Part shown: in pieces, positions 1 through 7,652 of the stretch | Position numbering within the stretch: position 1 is the first letter of the stretch | Layout of the letters: every line of letters begins with the position of its first letter | From: a virus | Lineage: Duplodnaviria > Caudoviricetes | Reading direction: 5' to 3' (one strand) | DNA: 43,009 nucleotides | IMG/VR virus record: IMGVR_UViG_3300048855_000065 | Coordinates: 1-43,009 of that record | Translations under genes and position numbers: made by a program | The notes under the pieces: generated by a model | The model's database searches: none | What the model was told of the DNA's origin: nothing | The model's input: only the letters and a program-made list of their open reading frames with translations

Positions 1-2
1 GG

Positions 3-326
3 GCCACGGCGTCCGCGGGGGACACGGTGCGGGCGACGGTGACGCTGACCAACACCGGGACGCGGGCCTCGCGGGAGACCGTGCAGCTGTACGTGTCCGA
101 CACCTTCACGTCGGCGTCCTGGGCGGATCAGGAGCTCAAGGCGTACCGGCAGGTCGACGTCGCGCCGGGGGCGTCCGTCGAGGTGACGGTGGACCTGGCG
201 GTGGCGGACTGCACGATCGTCGACGCCGCGGGAGAGCGGGTCGTGGAGCCGGGGGCGTTCGAGGTGCGCGTCGGACGGTCGTCGAAGGCGGAGGACCTGC
301 TGCGGACGTCGTTCGAGGTGGTCTGA
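3..326 (+). CDS. Host GH3 beta-glucosidase/xylosidase, C-terminal Fn3-like domain (5'-truncated by window)
   Basis: VTLTNTG..ETVQLYVSD..ELKAYRQV..VVEPGAFEVRVGRSS is the typical GH3 Fn3-like C-terminus; frame open from window start. Confidence 0.9.
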   Translation, partial: ATASAGDTVRATVTLTNTGTRASRETVQLYVSDTFTSASWADQELKAYRQVDVAPGASVEVTVDLAVADCTIVDAAGERVVEPGAFEVRVGRSSKAEDLLRTSFEVV

Positions 327-333
327 CCGCAGC

Positions 334-416
334 CCGTCCGCCGAGGTGGGGCGTTCCGGTCGAGGGAGAGCGAGGTACCGCTCTACCTCGTGCGGATCGC
401 TCTACCTCGGCGACGG
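334..416. repeat. Host nested inverted repeat (REP-like or terminator) between the glycosidase and the tRNA 3' end
   Basis: CGCCGAGGTGGGGCG (339-353) pairs with CGCTCTACCTCGGCG (398-412); inner CGAGGGAGAGCG (361-372) pairs imperfectly with CGCTCTACCTCG (379-390). Confidence 0.6.
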
Positions 417-422
417 TCGTGG

Positions 423-465
423 GTGCCCCCAGCAGGACTCGAACCTGCAACCGACGGATTAGAAG
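423..465 (-). pseudogene. Displaced 3' half of host tRNA-Arg (left att junction; core 449-465)
   Basis: 39/43 identity to 42742-42784; minus strand reads CTTCTAATCCGTCGGTTGCAGGTTCGAGTCCTGCTGGGGGCAC. Confidence 0.93.
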
Positions 466-590
466 TGCGCCCGGCCGGTTGGAGCGTCTGATAGCGGGAC
501 GTAGCGGGATAGGGCGTTTATGCAGGACAGGGCCTCTATAGCGCGACTCCGCAGCGGAAGCAGCGTAGCGGCGCGCAGCCCCACGTAGCG

Positions 591-618
591 GCTCGCTGCT
601 GCACGTTTGCTGCACGCC
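591..618 (+). repeat. Putative integrase arm-type sites (left)
   Basis: GCTCGCTGCTGCACGTTTGCTGCACGCC, identical to 42667-42694; holds TGCTGCACG twice at 11-bp period. Confidence 0.8.
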
Positions 619-624
619 TGGCCG

Positions 625-1329
625 TCAGGGGAGAGCCTTCGCGGTCTCGATGATGAACTTGCGCGCCACAGCGAACACCTGGTCGCACTCCGCGATGGTG
701 GCGTCCTGCTTCCGGTGGTGCCTGGTCCTGCCAGCGGTCACGTCTTCGTAGTCCATGTCGTGCACTACCCGGTTTCGGGCCATGAAGAAGGGATCGAGTG
801 CCGACAACTCCTGGTCGGAGATAGCCGAACTCGGGATCCCCAGCGGCGCCCTGACCCGCAGGCGGAGGTCGCTCGACCCTTGGTAACTGCCCTTGATTCG
901 ATCGTCCACCCACAGCTGGAGCATCGCCGCGAGCGGGTCGGTCGCGGTGACGGCCGCGACGAACGATCCAGACCCTTGTTGTGCGCTGGTCTTCCTGTAC
1001 TGCTGAAACTGTGCGGCCGCGCCGCTGGACGGCGTCAAGGCCATGGTGGGCAGCGTGTCTCGGACGAGCCTGTGAAGGCTCGCGTCGAGTCCACTGGACG
1101 AGAAGACCAGAGCCGCACGCAACAGTTCCAGCTCGTCGTTCGTCAAGCGCCCTCGGTCCTTCTTCGCGGCCTTCATGTTGGCCGAGCGAACGACGGAGAG
1201 GGAATCCAGCAGGGCGTTGACGCTCTTGTGAGCTCCCAGAAGATAGGCGAGGGCTGGCTTGACGAGGGGAGACGTACCGCGGGGGAGGGTCGTGGGAAGC
1301 GCGGCGAGGGTGTTCTTGGGCGTGACCAC
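625..1329 (-). CDS. HEPN-domain protein (RiboL-PSP-HEPN-like), candidate RNase/defence effector
   Basis: Helical 234 aa; RNRVVH (Rx4H) motif plus N-terminal ELLRAALVFSSSGLD helix. Confidence 0.7.
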   Translation of the reverse strand: MVTPKNTLAALPTTLPRGTSPLVKPALAYLLGAHKSVNALLDSLSVVRSANMKAAKKDRGRLTNDELELLRAALVFSSSGLDASLHRLVRDTLPTMALTPSSGAAAQFQQYRKTSAQQGSGSFVAAVTATDPLAAMLQLWVDDRIKGSYQGSSDLRLRVRAPLGIPSSAISDQELSALDPFFMARNRVVHDMDYEDVTAGRTRHHRKQDATIAECDQVFAVARKFIIETAKALP

Positions 1330-1360
1330 GGTGAAGCGTCCAATCCAGGTAGGGGCGGGT

Positions 1361-2485
1361 TCAGCGAACGACGCGAAGGTGTACCTTCCGGGTCGAAGTC
1401 GGCGAGCTCGCTCCGGCGAGTCTTGGCTGGCCCAAGGCGCGTAGGACCTCTGCTGACGGCAGTTCCGCGAGGTGCGCGTACCGCTGAGTCGTCACGGGGG
1501 ACATGTGCCCGAGCAGCTTGCCGACCTCGGCCAGCGACCGGCCGCCCTGCAGCAGCCATGACGCGTAGGTGTGGCGGAGGTCGTGCGGCCGCACGTGCCC
1601 GACGTCGGCGAGCCGGCACGCGCGGTCCCAGTGCTTGCGGAAGTTGTTCACGTCCAGCGGGGTCCCTGCCTCCGACGCGACGACGAGCGTCGACCGGCAC
1701 CCGGGATGCTCGACGCCGCACGTCCCGCGCGCTGCGGTGCCAAGGTCGACCCAGTCCGGCAGCGGCACCTGCCGCCGTCTGCGGCCCTTCGGGTAGTCCT
1801 TGATCGCGCCTGCCGTCGGGTCCCAGGTCTCGACGATCTCCACCCACCCACGTTTCGCGTCGACGCGGGCCCGGTGCAGCCCCGCAGCCTCGCCGAACCG
1901 TGCGCCGGTGCCCACCAACAGGAGCGCCATCCGCAGCCACGCACCGTTGAGGTGCTCGGCGATCGCGTCGAACTCCTCGCGCTCGAGGTACCGCTCGGCG
2001 CCGACGTCGGGCGTCGGCAGCTTGAGCCGGGCTGCGGGGTTGGCGCCGAGGATCTCCGCGTCGACGGCGCCGGCGAGCGAGACCGACAGCAGCGCGACGA
2101 CGCGCTGGACGGTCGAGGCGCTCAGGCCCTTCCCACGCAGTTCGGCCGCCCAGGTCTTCACGTCGTGCCGGGTGATGTCGACGAGCGCGACGTCACCCCA
2201 GCGCGGCAGCAGGTGGTTGTCGCGGCGGCCCTCGTCTGACGCGCGGGTGGACGGCTCCACGGCGCGTGTCGGCCACCACGCCTGGCACCAGGCACCCCAG
2301 GACATCAGGCCGGCGGACGGGTCTCGCCAGCCCGGCGCCCGCGCGCCGGCCTCAGCGTCGCCAGCGGCTCGCAGCGCGGCCGCCTTGTGCGCGAACGGGC
2401 CACCGTCGGCGGTCCGGACCTTTCCGTCAGGCCCGCGGTACTGGCCCTGGTACCGGCCGGACGGCATCTTCCTCGTCCAGGCCAT
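1361..2485 (-). CDS. int: Tyrosine integrase
   Basis: GTGARFGE, HDLRH, LLGH, TTQRYAH catalytic motifs; ATG at 2485 overlaps upstream TGA. Confidence 0.96.
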   Translation of the reverse strand: MAWTRKMPSGRYQGQYRGPDGKVRTADGGPFAHKAAALRAAGDAEAGARAPGWRDPSAGLMSWGAWCQAWWPTRAVEPSTRASDEGRRDNHLLPRWGDVALVDITRHDVKTWAAELRGKGLSASTVQRVVALLSVSLAGAVDAEILGANPAARLKLPTPDVGAERYLEREEFDAIAEHLNGAWLRMALLLVGTGARFGEAAGLHRARVDAKRGWVEIVETWDPTAGAIKDYPKGRRRRQVPLPDWVDLGTAARGTCGVEHPGCRSTLVVASEAGTPLDVNNFRKHWDRACRLADVGHVRPHDLRHTYASWLLQGGRSLAEVGKLLGHMSPVTTQRYAHLAELPSAEVLRALGQPRLAGASSPTSTRKVHLRVVR

Positions 2486-2889
2486 CAGCTCGCCCTCCGC
2501 TGGGTCGGCACGCCGCCGCGGCGGAGCGCGTCCGCGCGCCACGCCTCGACAACCGCCGTCGTCACCTCGAGCTCGCGCGCGATCGCCCCGACGTGAGGGC
2601 CGACGAGCCGCTCCGCAGCGGCGTACCGCGCGGGGGAGATCAGCAGGTTGGCCGCGTACCTGTCAGCCAGGCGCTCGCGGACCGCGTGCTCACGGGCATC
2701 GTCGGTCCAGGTGTGGCCGTAGTGGGCGTGCCCCAACTCGTGGGCCAGGGTGACCCGCTGAACCGTCTCGGTCCGCCGCGGGTTGAGCAGGATGAGCCCG
2801 CTCGAGTGGTACTCGCCAGCACGGCGGCCGAGGTCCCGCCACGCGACCTTGAGCCCGCGCTGAGCTGCGCGGGCGAGCAGCTCGTCCAT
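2485..2889 (-). CDS. ImmA/IrrE-family metallopeptidase (anti-repressor protease)
   Basis: RVTLAHELGH (HExxH), ERLADRYAANLLI; lies between repressor and integrase. Confidence 0.9.
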   Translation of the reverse strand: MDELLARAAQRGLKVAWRDLGRRAGEYHSSGLILLNPRRTETVQRVTLAHELGHAHYGHTWTDDAREHAVRERLADRYAANLLISPARYAAAERLVGPHVGAIARELEVTTAVVEAWRADALRRGGVPTQRRAS

Positions 2890-2897
2890 CGGCGCGC

Positions 2898-3296
2898 CTA
2901 CGGCTGGTCCTGCTGCGCCTCGACCTCGGCGTCGGAGTCGTAGCCCTCCGCCGGGTCCGACGCCGCCGGATTCAACGTGATGAGGTCCTCGACCTCGTGG
3001 TCTGACGGGACGTGCACCGGAGCGAGCATGTGGACGGTCGCGCCGGTTGGGGTCGCTCGCTCGGCCATCCGGATCACGGACGAGGCGTCGGTCCCGATCG
3101 CCTCCGCGATCATCCCGACCTCGCCCACCGTCGCCGGCGGCTGCTCCTCGCGGAGGATGATCCCGATTCGGTTCGCCGACATCCCCGTGCGCTCTGCGAG
3201 AGCGCGACGCGTGAGGCCCGAGTCGATGACGCCCGCCGCAAGGATGCGGGCGATCGCGCTGTCCAAGGGCTGCAGGGGCTTTGCGGAGAGGGCCAT
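2898..3296 (-). CDS. XRE-family immunity repressor (ImmR/CI-like)
   Basis: HTH LTRRALAERTGMSANRIGIILRE; divergent from Cro-like gene; acidic C-terminal tail. Confidence 0.85.
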   Translation of the reverse strand: MALSAKPLQPLDSAIARILAAGVIDSGLTRRALAERTGMSANRIGIILREEQPPATVGEVGMIAEAIGTDASSVIRMAERATPTGATVHMLAPVHVPSDHEVEDLITLNPAASDPAEGYDSDAEVEAQQDQP

Positions 3297-3303
3297 GTCG
3301 GTG

Positions 3304-3399
3304 ACTGTACCGATTTGGGTTCAGGCGACACAAGAGGGTTGACACTGATCCGATTTCGGTTCAGTCTCTCTGCATGCCTCCGAACCGAAATGGGGTCAC
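3304..3399. promoter_or_regulatory. Lysis/lysogeny switch: divergent promoters and three 20-bp operators
   Basis: TTGACA (3339-3344) N17 CAGTCT on +; TACAGT (3304-3309) on -; operators at 3305-3324, 3345-3364 and inverted 3380-3399. Confidence 0.8.
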
Positions 3400-3640
3400 G
3401 GGCCTCGACCTCGCCGTCGCGCGGGAGCTCCGGGCCGAGATCGCCCGTCAGAAGACCAGCGTGCTGGGGATCGCCGAGGCCCTGGACATGCGCCGCGCCA
3501 CGCTCTCGGTGCGCATGAACGGGCGGGTCCCGTTCAGCAACTCGCTGCTGGAGTCGGTCGCGGCCCAGCTCGGCCTGAAGGCGTCCGAGATCGTCGTCCG
3601 CGCCGAGACGGCTCGGTCGGCCGAGCGGAGCGCATCGTGA
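3374..3640 (+). CDS. Cro-like HTH regulator
   Basis: LRAEIARQKTSVLGIAEALDMRRATLSVRMNGRVPF XRE-type HTH; first rightward gene. Confidence 0.85.
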   Translation: MPPNRNGVTGLDLAVARELRAEIARQKTSVLGIAEALDMRRATLSVRMNGRVPFSNSLLESVAAQLGLKASEIVVRAETARSAERSAS

Positions 3641-3849
3641 GCGCCCGCCTCACGGTCGCCGAGGTCGCGGCCGCGACCCGCCGTCACCCGGTGACGATCC
3701 GTCGCGCCCTCGAGGCGGGCACTCTCCACGGTCACCAGCGCGTGACCGGCGGCCGGTGGGCCGTGAAGGCAGAGTGCGCCGACGCGTGGGCCGACGGCGT
3801 GCTGTGCGAGCACCGCTCGAACGTCGTGCCGCTGCGGAGCGCGTCGTGA
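3637..3849 (+). CDS. Excisionase-like HTH protein
   Basis: LTVAEVAAATRRHPVTIRRALEAGTLHG..GRWAV; 70 aa. Confidence 0.8.
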   Translation: MSARLTVAEVAAATRRHPVTIRRALEAGTLHGHQRVTGGRWAVKAECADAWADGVLCEHRSNVVPLRSAS

Positions 3850-4127
3850 GCGCCGCCCCCATGAACAGCCGGGTCGGGGAGGTCCTTCCCCCTGCGGCCG
3901 CCCCGACCCGGCGCACCTCTCGCGGCTTGCACCGCGCCCCGACCTCGATCGCGCAGCACGCCTCCGACCTCGGCACCGCGCTGCGCCACTTCCCGAACGA
4001 CCCGCCGCGCTCGCGGCCCGCCGCTCACCGCGCGCCGGAGTCGTTCGACGCCGTCCTCGAGCGCGAGCTCGCCACCTACGGGTACTCGATCCGCGAGTAC
4101 CTGGACTCCCGAGGGGTGACCCGATGA
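3846..4127 (+). CDS. Hypothetical protein
   Basis: GTGA/ATGA overlaps with both neighbours. Confidence 0.6.
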   Translation: MSAAPMNSRVGEVLPPAAAPTRRTSRGLHRAPTSIAQHASDLGTALRHFPNDPPRSRPAAHRAPESFDAVLERELATYGYSIREYLDSRGVTR

Positions 4128-5029
4128 CCCGCCAGTCCCGCCCCCGCTTCACCGACTTCCGCGTCGCCGACGGCATGCACCGCGTTGTGGCGGCGCGCCT
4201 GATCCTGCGCGCGGCCCTCATCGTCGCGCTCGTCGTGCTCCTGCTCGGCACCGGCATGGCCTACCGGGCGTTCGCGGCGCCGGAGGCGTCCACGACGAGC
4301 GACGCCGTGGTGACGGAGACGTACTCGTGGCGCCTGCCGGACGGCGGGTCGGCCTCGGACGTGACGTGGCCGCAGCCGCTGGTCGGCGCCGGCCGCCTGG
4401 TTCCGTCGGAGTGCGGCGTCACGTACCAGGTCGACACGTACACCGGCACGCGGGAGGCGATCGACGCGGTCGTCGGTGACGGGGTCCTGATCGACGCGGC
4501 GGAGGATGCGGCGGTCTACGTCGGCCACGAGTTCACATACGGCGGGGACTGCCCGGAGGTCCCTCCGAACCCGGGTCCGCTCGTCGACGTGTTCGTCGAC
4601 TACTCGACCGACTGCGACGGCGTGATCACGCGGGCGACGAGTACCTACCTCACGCCGCAGGTGTGGGACGGTGCCCGCTACGTGCCCGACGTCGACAACG
4701 CGACGTCCGACACCGTCTTCGCGGTCGTGCAGCCCGGCGACGTGCCAGCTGACGCAGTCGTGTTCCAGCCGTCCGACTGCCCGACCGCCCAGCCGCCCGC
4801 GACGGTCCCGCCGACGGTCACGCCGCCGGCCGCCGCGCCCGCCGCCATCGCGCCGGCGGTCTCCGCTGACCCGGCGCAGCCCGCCGTCGCTGCGCCCGGC
4901 TCCGTGGCTGCGACGCACGACGAGCTCGCCGCCACCGGCGTCAGCCCGGCCGCCGGTGTGCTCATCGCCGCCAGCGTGATCATCCTCGGCGCGTACCTCG
5001 TCGTCTTCGGTCGCAAGGCCCGGCGATGA
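4124..5029 (+). CDS. Secreted, sortase-anchored (LAXTG) surface protein
   Basis: Signal peptide ending AFA, Cys-containing domain, Pro/Ala linker, ELAATG + hydrophobic helix + RKARR. Confidence 0.8.
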   Translation: MTRQSRPRFTDFRVADGMHRVVAARLILRAALIVALVVLLLGTGMAYRAFAAPEASTTSDAVVTETYSWRLPDGGSASDVTWPQPLVGAGRLVPSECGVTYQVDTYTGTREAIDAVVGDGVLIDAAEDAAVYVGHEFTYGGDCPEVPPNPGPLVDVFVDYSTDCDGVITRATSTYLTPQVWDGARYVPDVDNATSDTVFAVVQPGDVPADAVVFQPSDCPTAQPPATVPPTVTPPAAAPAAIAPAVSADPAQPAVAAPGSVAATHDELAATGVSPAAGVLIAASVIILGAYLVVFGRKARR

Positions 5030-5190
5030 ACCGGCTCCTGGCGCTGTGCGCCCTCGCGTCGCTCGTCCTGGTGGTCTGGGTCGTGGCAGACCCGACTCCG
5101 TCGCTCGACGGCACCGTGCTGCCCCCGGCGCTCCTCATCGCGGGCGTCTCGCTCACCGCCGCGGCGATCGCCGAGCGGAGGGCTCGCTGA
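5026..5190 (+). CDS. Small 2-TM membrane protein (54 aa, not in ORF track)
   Basis: MNRLLALCALASLVLVVWVV...ALLIAGVSLTAAAIAERRAR; ATGA and TGATG overlaps. Confidence 0.7.
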   Translation: MNRLLALCALASLVLVVWVVADPTPSLDGTVLPPALLIAGVSLTAAAIAERRAR

Positions 5191-5576
5191 TGCCCGCCCG
5201 CGCTGCCCACCACATCGTGACCGTCCTCGACCCGGGCTGGCCGTCGTGCGTCTGCGGTACCGCGTCCGGCGCCGGCACCGAGATGAGCGTGGCGGACCGC
5301 GTGGTCGCGACGTTCGCTCACGTGCATGCGGCGAACGTGGTCGCCGCGCGCGCCGTCATCCAGTGGCACGTCGCGATCGACGGGGGTCACCGGGTCCCGA
5401 ACCTCACGCGCGGTTCTCGCTGGCCGCACATGTGCGGTGCACGGTCGGAGTTCCGGCGGCCGGGCGAGTCGGTGTCGTACCGGGTGAGCTGCACGCGCCG
5501 CTCCTCGCACACCGGCCGGCACGCCGCCGGCGGCGTCAGCGGGATCGTCGCCGTCTGGTCGGGACCCCGGTCATGA
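5190..5576 (+). CDS. Hypothetical Cys/His-rich protein
   Basis: Coupled start; CVCG and C-x5-H-x-G-x-H motifs. Confidence 0.6.
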   Translation: MPARAAHHIVTVLDPGWPSCVCGTASGAGTEMSVADRVVATFAHVHAANVVAARAVIQWHVAIDGGHRVPNLTRGSRWPHMCGARSEFRRPGESVSYRVSCTRRSSHTGRHAAGGVSGIVAVWSGPRS

Positions 5577-5932
5577 GCGCCCCAGCGGTCGCGCCGGCGC
5601 GCGCCTGGCAGGAGTCCACGCTGCTGGACCTCACGGGCACGCCCGCCCAGCGGTTCATGCGGATCATCACGGACATCCCGCCACGCTCCCGGTTCACGGT
5701 CAACGACCTGCGGCCGCGGCTGGACGCGGCGGAGATCCCGAACCGCCAGCGGGGGCGGCTGATGCTCGCCGCGCAGGCAGCTCAGCTGATCGAGCCGGTG
5801 ACGGTGTCGGCCTGGGGGCAGGACTACGACGTGCGCGTCCGGTCGACCGGCGCGTCGGCGAAGAGGGCCACGGTCCGCGTCTTCCGTCGCCTCGGCAGTG
5901 CGGATGACGAGCGCCAGGGCGGTGCCCGGTGA
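5573..5932 (+). CDS. Hypothetical protein (possibly DNA-binding)
   Basis: ATGA overlap; basic 119 aa. Confidence 0.6.
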   Translation: MSAPAVAPARAWQESTLLDLTGTPAQRFMRIITDIPPRSRFTVNDLRPRLDAAEIPNRQRGRLMLAAQAAQLIEPVTVSAWGQDYDVRVRSTGASAKRATVRVFRRLGSADDERQGGAR

Positions 5933-6216
5933 GCCCGGCCCGTGTCGTGCGGTGCGAGGACTGCGGCGCTGACGTCGAGCTGGTGCTGGTGATTCCGGAG
6001 ACGCCCCGCAGGGGCGCCACCCGCAAGCAGATCCCGCTCGACCTCGACTACGACGTCGCCCGCTCGGACACGCCGCCGTCGCACGCCCTGTCGCTGTCGC
6101 GCCGCACCTGCCGGCCGATCACCCGCGACCACCCGCTTCTCGACCACGAGAACCCCGCCCTGACCCACTTCGCGACGTGCCCCGCGCGTCGCCCCACCGA
6201 GGAGGTGACCCGATGA
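5929..6216 (+). CDS. Small Zn-binding phage protein
   Basis: CEDCG ... HFATCP motifs. Confidence 0.7.
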   Translation: MSPARVVRCEDCGADVELVLVIPETPRRGATRKQIPLDLDYDVARSDTPPSHALSLSRRTCRPITRDHPLLDHENPALTHFATCPARRPTEEVTR

Positions 6217-7652
6217 CCCGCACCACCGTTCCCGCCCCCGAGGCGAGCAGCAAGGCCTCGGCCGCGCTGGACACCCTGACCGGCGGCGCCGACACCGCGG
6301 TGCTGCCCGACGAGCAGACCACGGTCGACCCGCGCACGCTCACGCTCGACACGAACGTGCGCAGCGACCTCAAGATCACCGCCCGGTTCAAGAAGCTCAT
6401 CGAGGAGCACGGCGTCCTCGTCCCGCTGCTGTGCCGCCGCGACCCGCTCGGCAACCTCCTCGTCGTCGACGGCCAGCGCCGCCTCGTCGCAGCGCTCGAG
6501 CTCGGCCTCGACCGCGTTCCGATCGCGATGATCGCGCACGTCGGCGACGACGAGGCCCGCATCTGGGACCAGCTCGTCACCAACGACGGCAACGAGCGGC
6601 TCAACGCCGCGGAGACCGCTGGCGCCTTCCAGCAGCTCACCCTCATGGGACGCTCCGCCGACACGATCGCCCGCCGTGCCGCGCTGCCCCGCGAGGCCGT
6701 CGACACGGCCCTCACCGTCGCGCAGTCCAAGGCCGCCGCCGCCGCGGCGAAGGCCACCCCTGACGCCGACCTCGATCAGCTCGCCGTGCTCGCAGAGTTC
6801 GAGGACGACAAGGAGGTGGTCGCGCGGCTCCGCAAGGCGATCGCCGAGTCCGACGGTCGGTGGCGGCACATGGCGCAGGCGGCCCGGGACGACCGCGCCA
6901 TGGCGGCGGCGCGTCAGGAGTTCATCGAGTCCCTCCCCGACGGCGTCACCGTGCTCGGCCCCGACGTGCAGCACGACTACAACGCGCAGCTCGACGGGCT
7001 GCTCGAGAAGCCGGGCGGCAGGCAGCTCACTGCGAAGAACCACGCCGGCTGCCCGGGCCACGCGGTGCACATCGCGGTCTACGGCGGCTACGCCGGGGGC
7101 GAGCGAACGTTCCGCGCGCACCCCGTGTACGTCTGCACCACCTGGAAGACCGCCGGGCACGCCAAGAAGTACGCCACGTCCGGATCTGGCGCGACCTCCG
7201 GCCCGCAGACCGATGACCAGAAGGCCGCGCGCAGGACCCTCATCGCGAACAACAAGGCCGCGATCGCCGCCGAGTCCGTCCGCCGGGAGTTCATCCGCGA
7301 GCTGCTGCAGCGCAAGACCCTGCCCACGGACGCCGCGGTGTACGTCGCCGCCATCGTCCGTCCTGGCACCAGCGCCGACTACAACGAGCGTCAGATCAGC
7401 GACCAGCTGCTCTACGGCGACAAGGCCGTCCCCGCCCGCGACCAGGCCGCCGACCGAGCGACCCCCGCCCGCGCGATGAAGCACCTCGTCGCGCTCGCGG
7501 CCGCCCGTGTCGAGTCGCAGATGCCCAAGGACTTCTGGCGCAAGGGTGACCACCGCCGCGACCTGTTCCGAACGCACCTGACGACGCTCGCCTCGTGGGG
7601 CTACGAGCTCTCCGACGTCGAGCAGATCGTGGTCGAGGCGGCGAAGCCGTGA
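6213..7652 (+). CDS. ParB/Spo0J-like protein 1 (479 aa)
   Basis: GVLVPLLCRR..VVDGQRRLVAA ParB N-domain; GGAGG RBS at 6201. Confidence 0.85.
   Translation: MTRTTVPAPEASSKASAALDTLTGGADTAVLPDEQTTVDPRTLTLDTNVRSDLKITARFKKLIEEHGVLVPLLCRRDPLGNLLVVDGQRRLVAALELGLDRVPIAMIAHVGDDEARIWDQLVTNDGNERLNAAETAGAFQQLTLMGRSADTIARRAALPREAVDTALTVAQSKAAAAAAKATPDADLDQLAVLAEFEDDKEVVARLRKAIAESDGRWRHMAQAARDDRAMAAARQEFIESLPDGVTVLGPDVQHDYNAQLDGLLEKPGGRQLTAKNHAGCPGHAVHIAVYGGYAGGERTFRAHPVYVCTTWKTAGHAKKYATSGSGATSGPQTDDQKAARRTLIANNKAAIAAESVRREFIRELLQRKTLPTDAAVYVAAIVRPGTSADYNERQISDQLLYGDKAVPARDQAADRATPARAMKHLVALAAARVESQMPKDFWRKGDHRRDLFRTHLTTLASWGYELSDVEQIVVEAAKP

Noticed and set aside
2486-2542. Longer ORF-track starts for the integrase (2542) and ImmA (3345)
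   Set aside because: They overlap neighbouring genes; the coupled ATG at 2485 and ATG 2889 fit the domain boundaries
3297-3400. LexA/SOS box or PafBC-type promoter at the switch
   Set aside because: No TCGAAC-N4-GTTCGA and no correctly spaced TGTCGG-N10-TANNNT; the GAAC-containing repeats fit phage operators better
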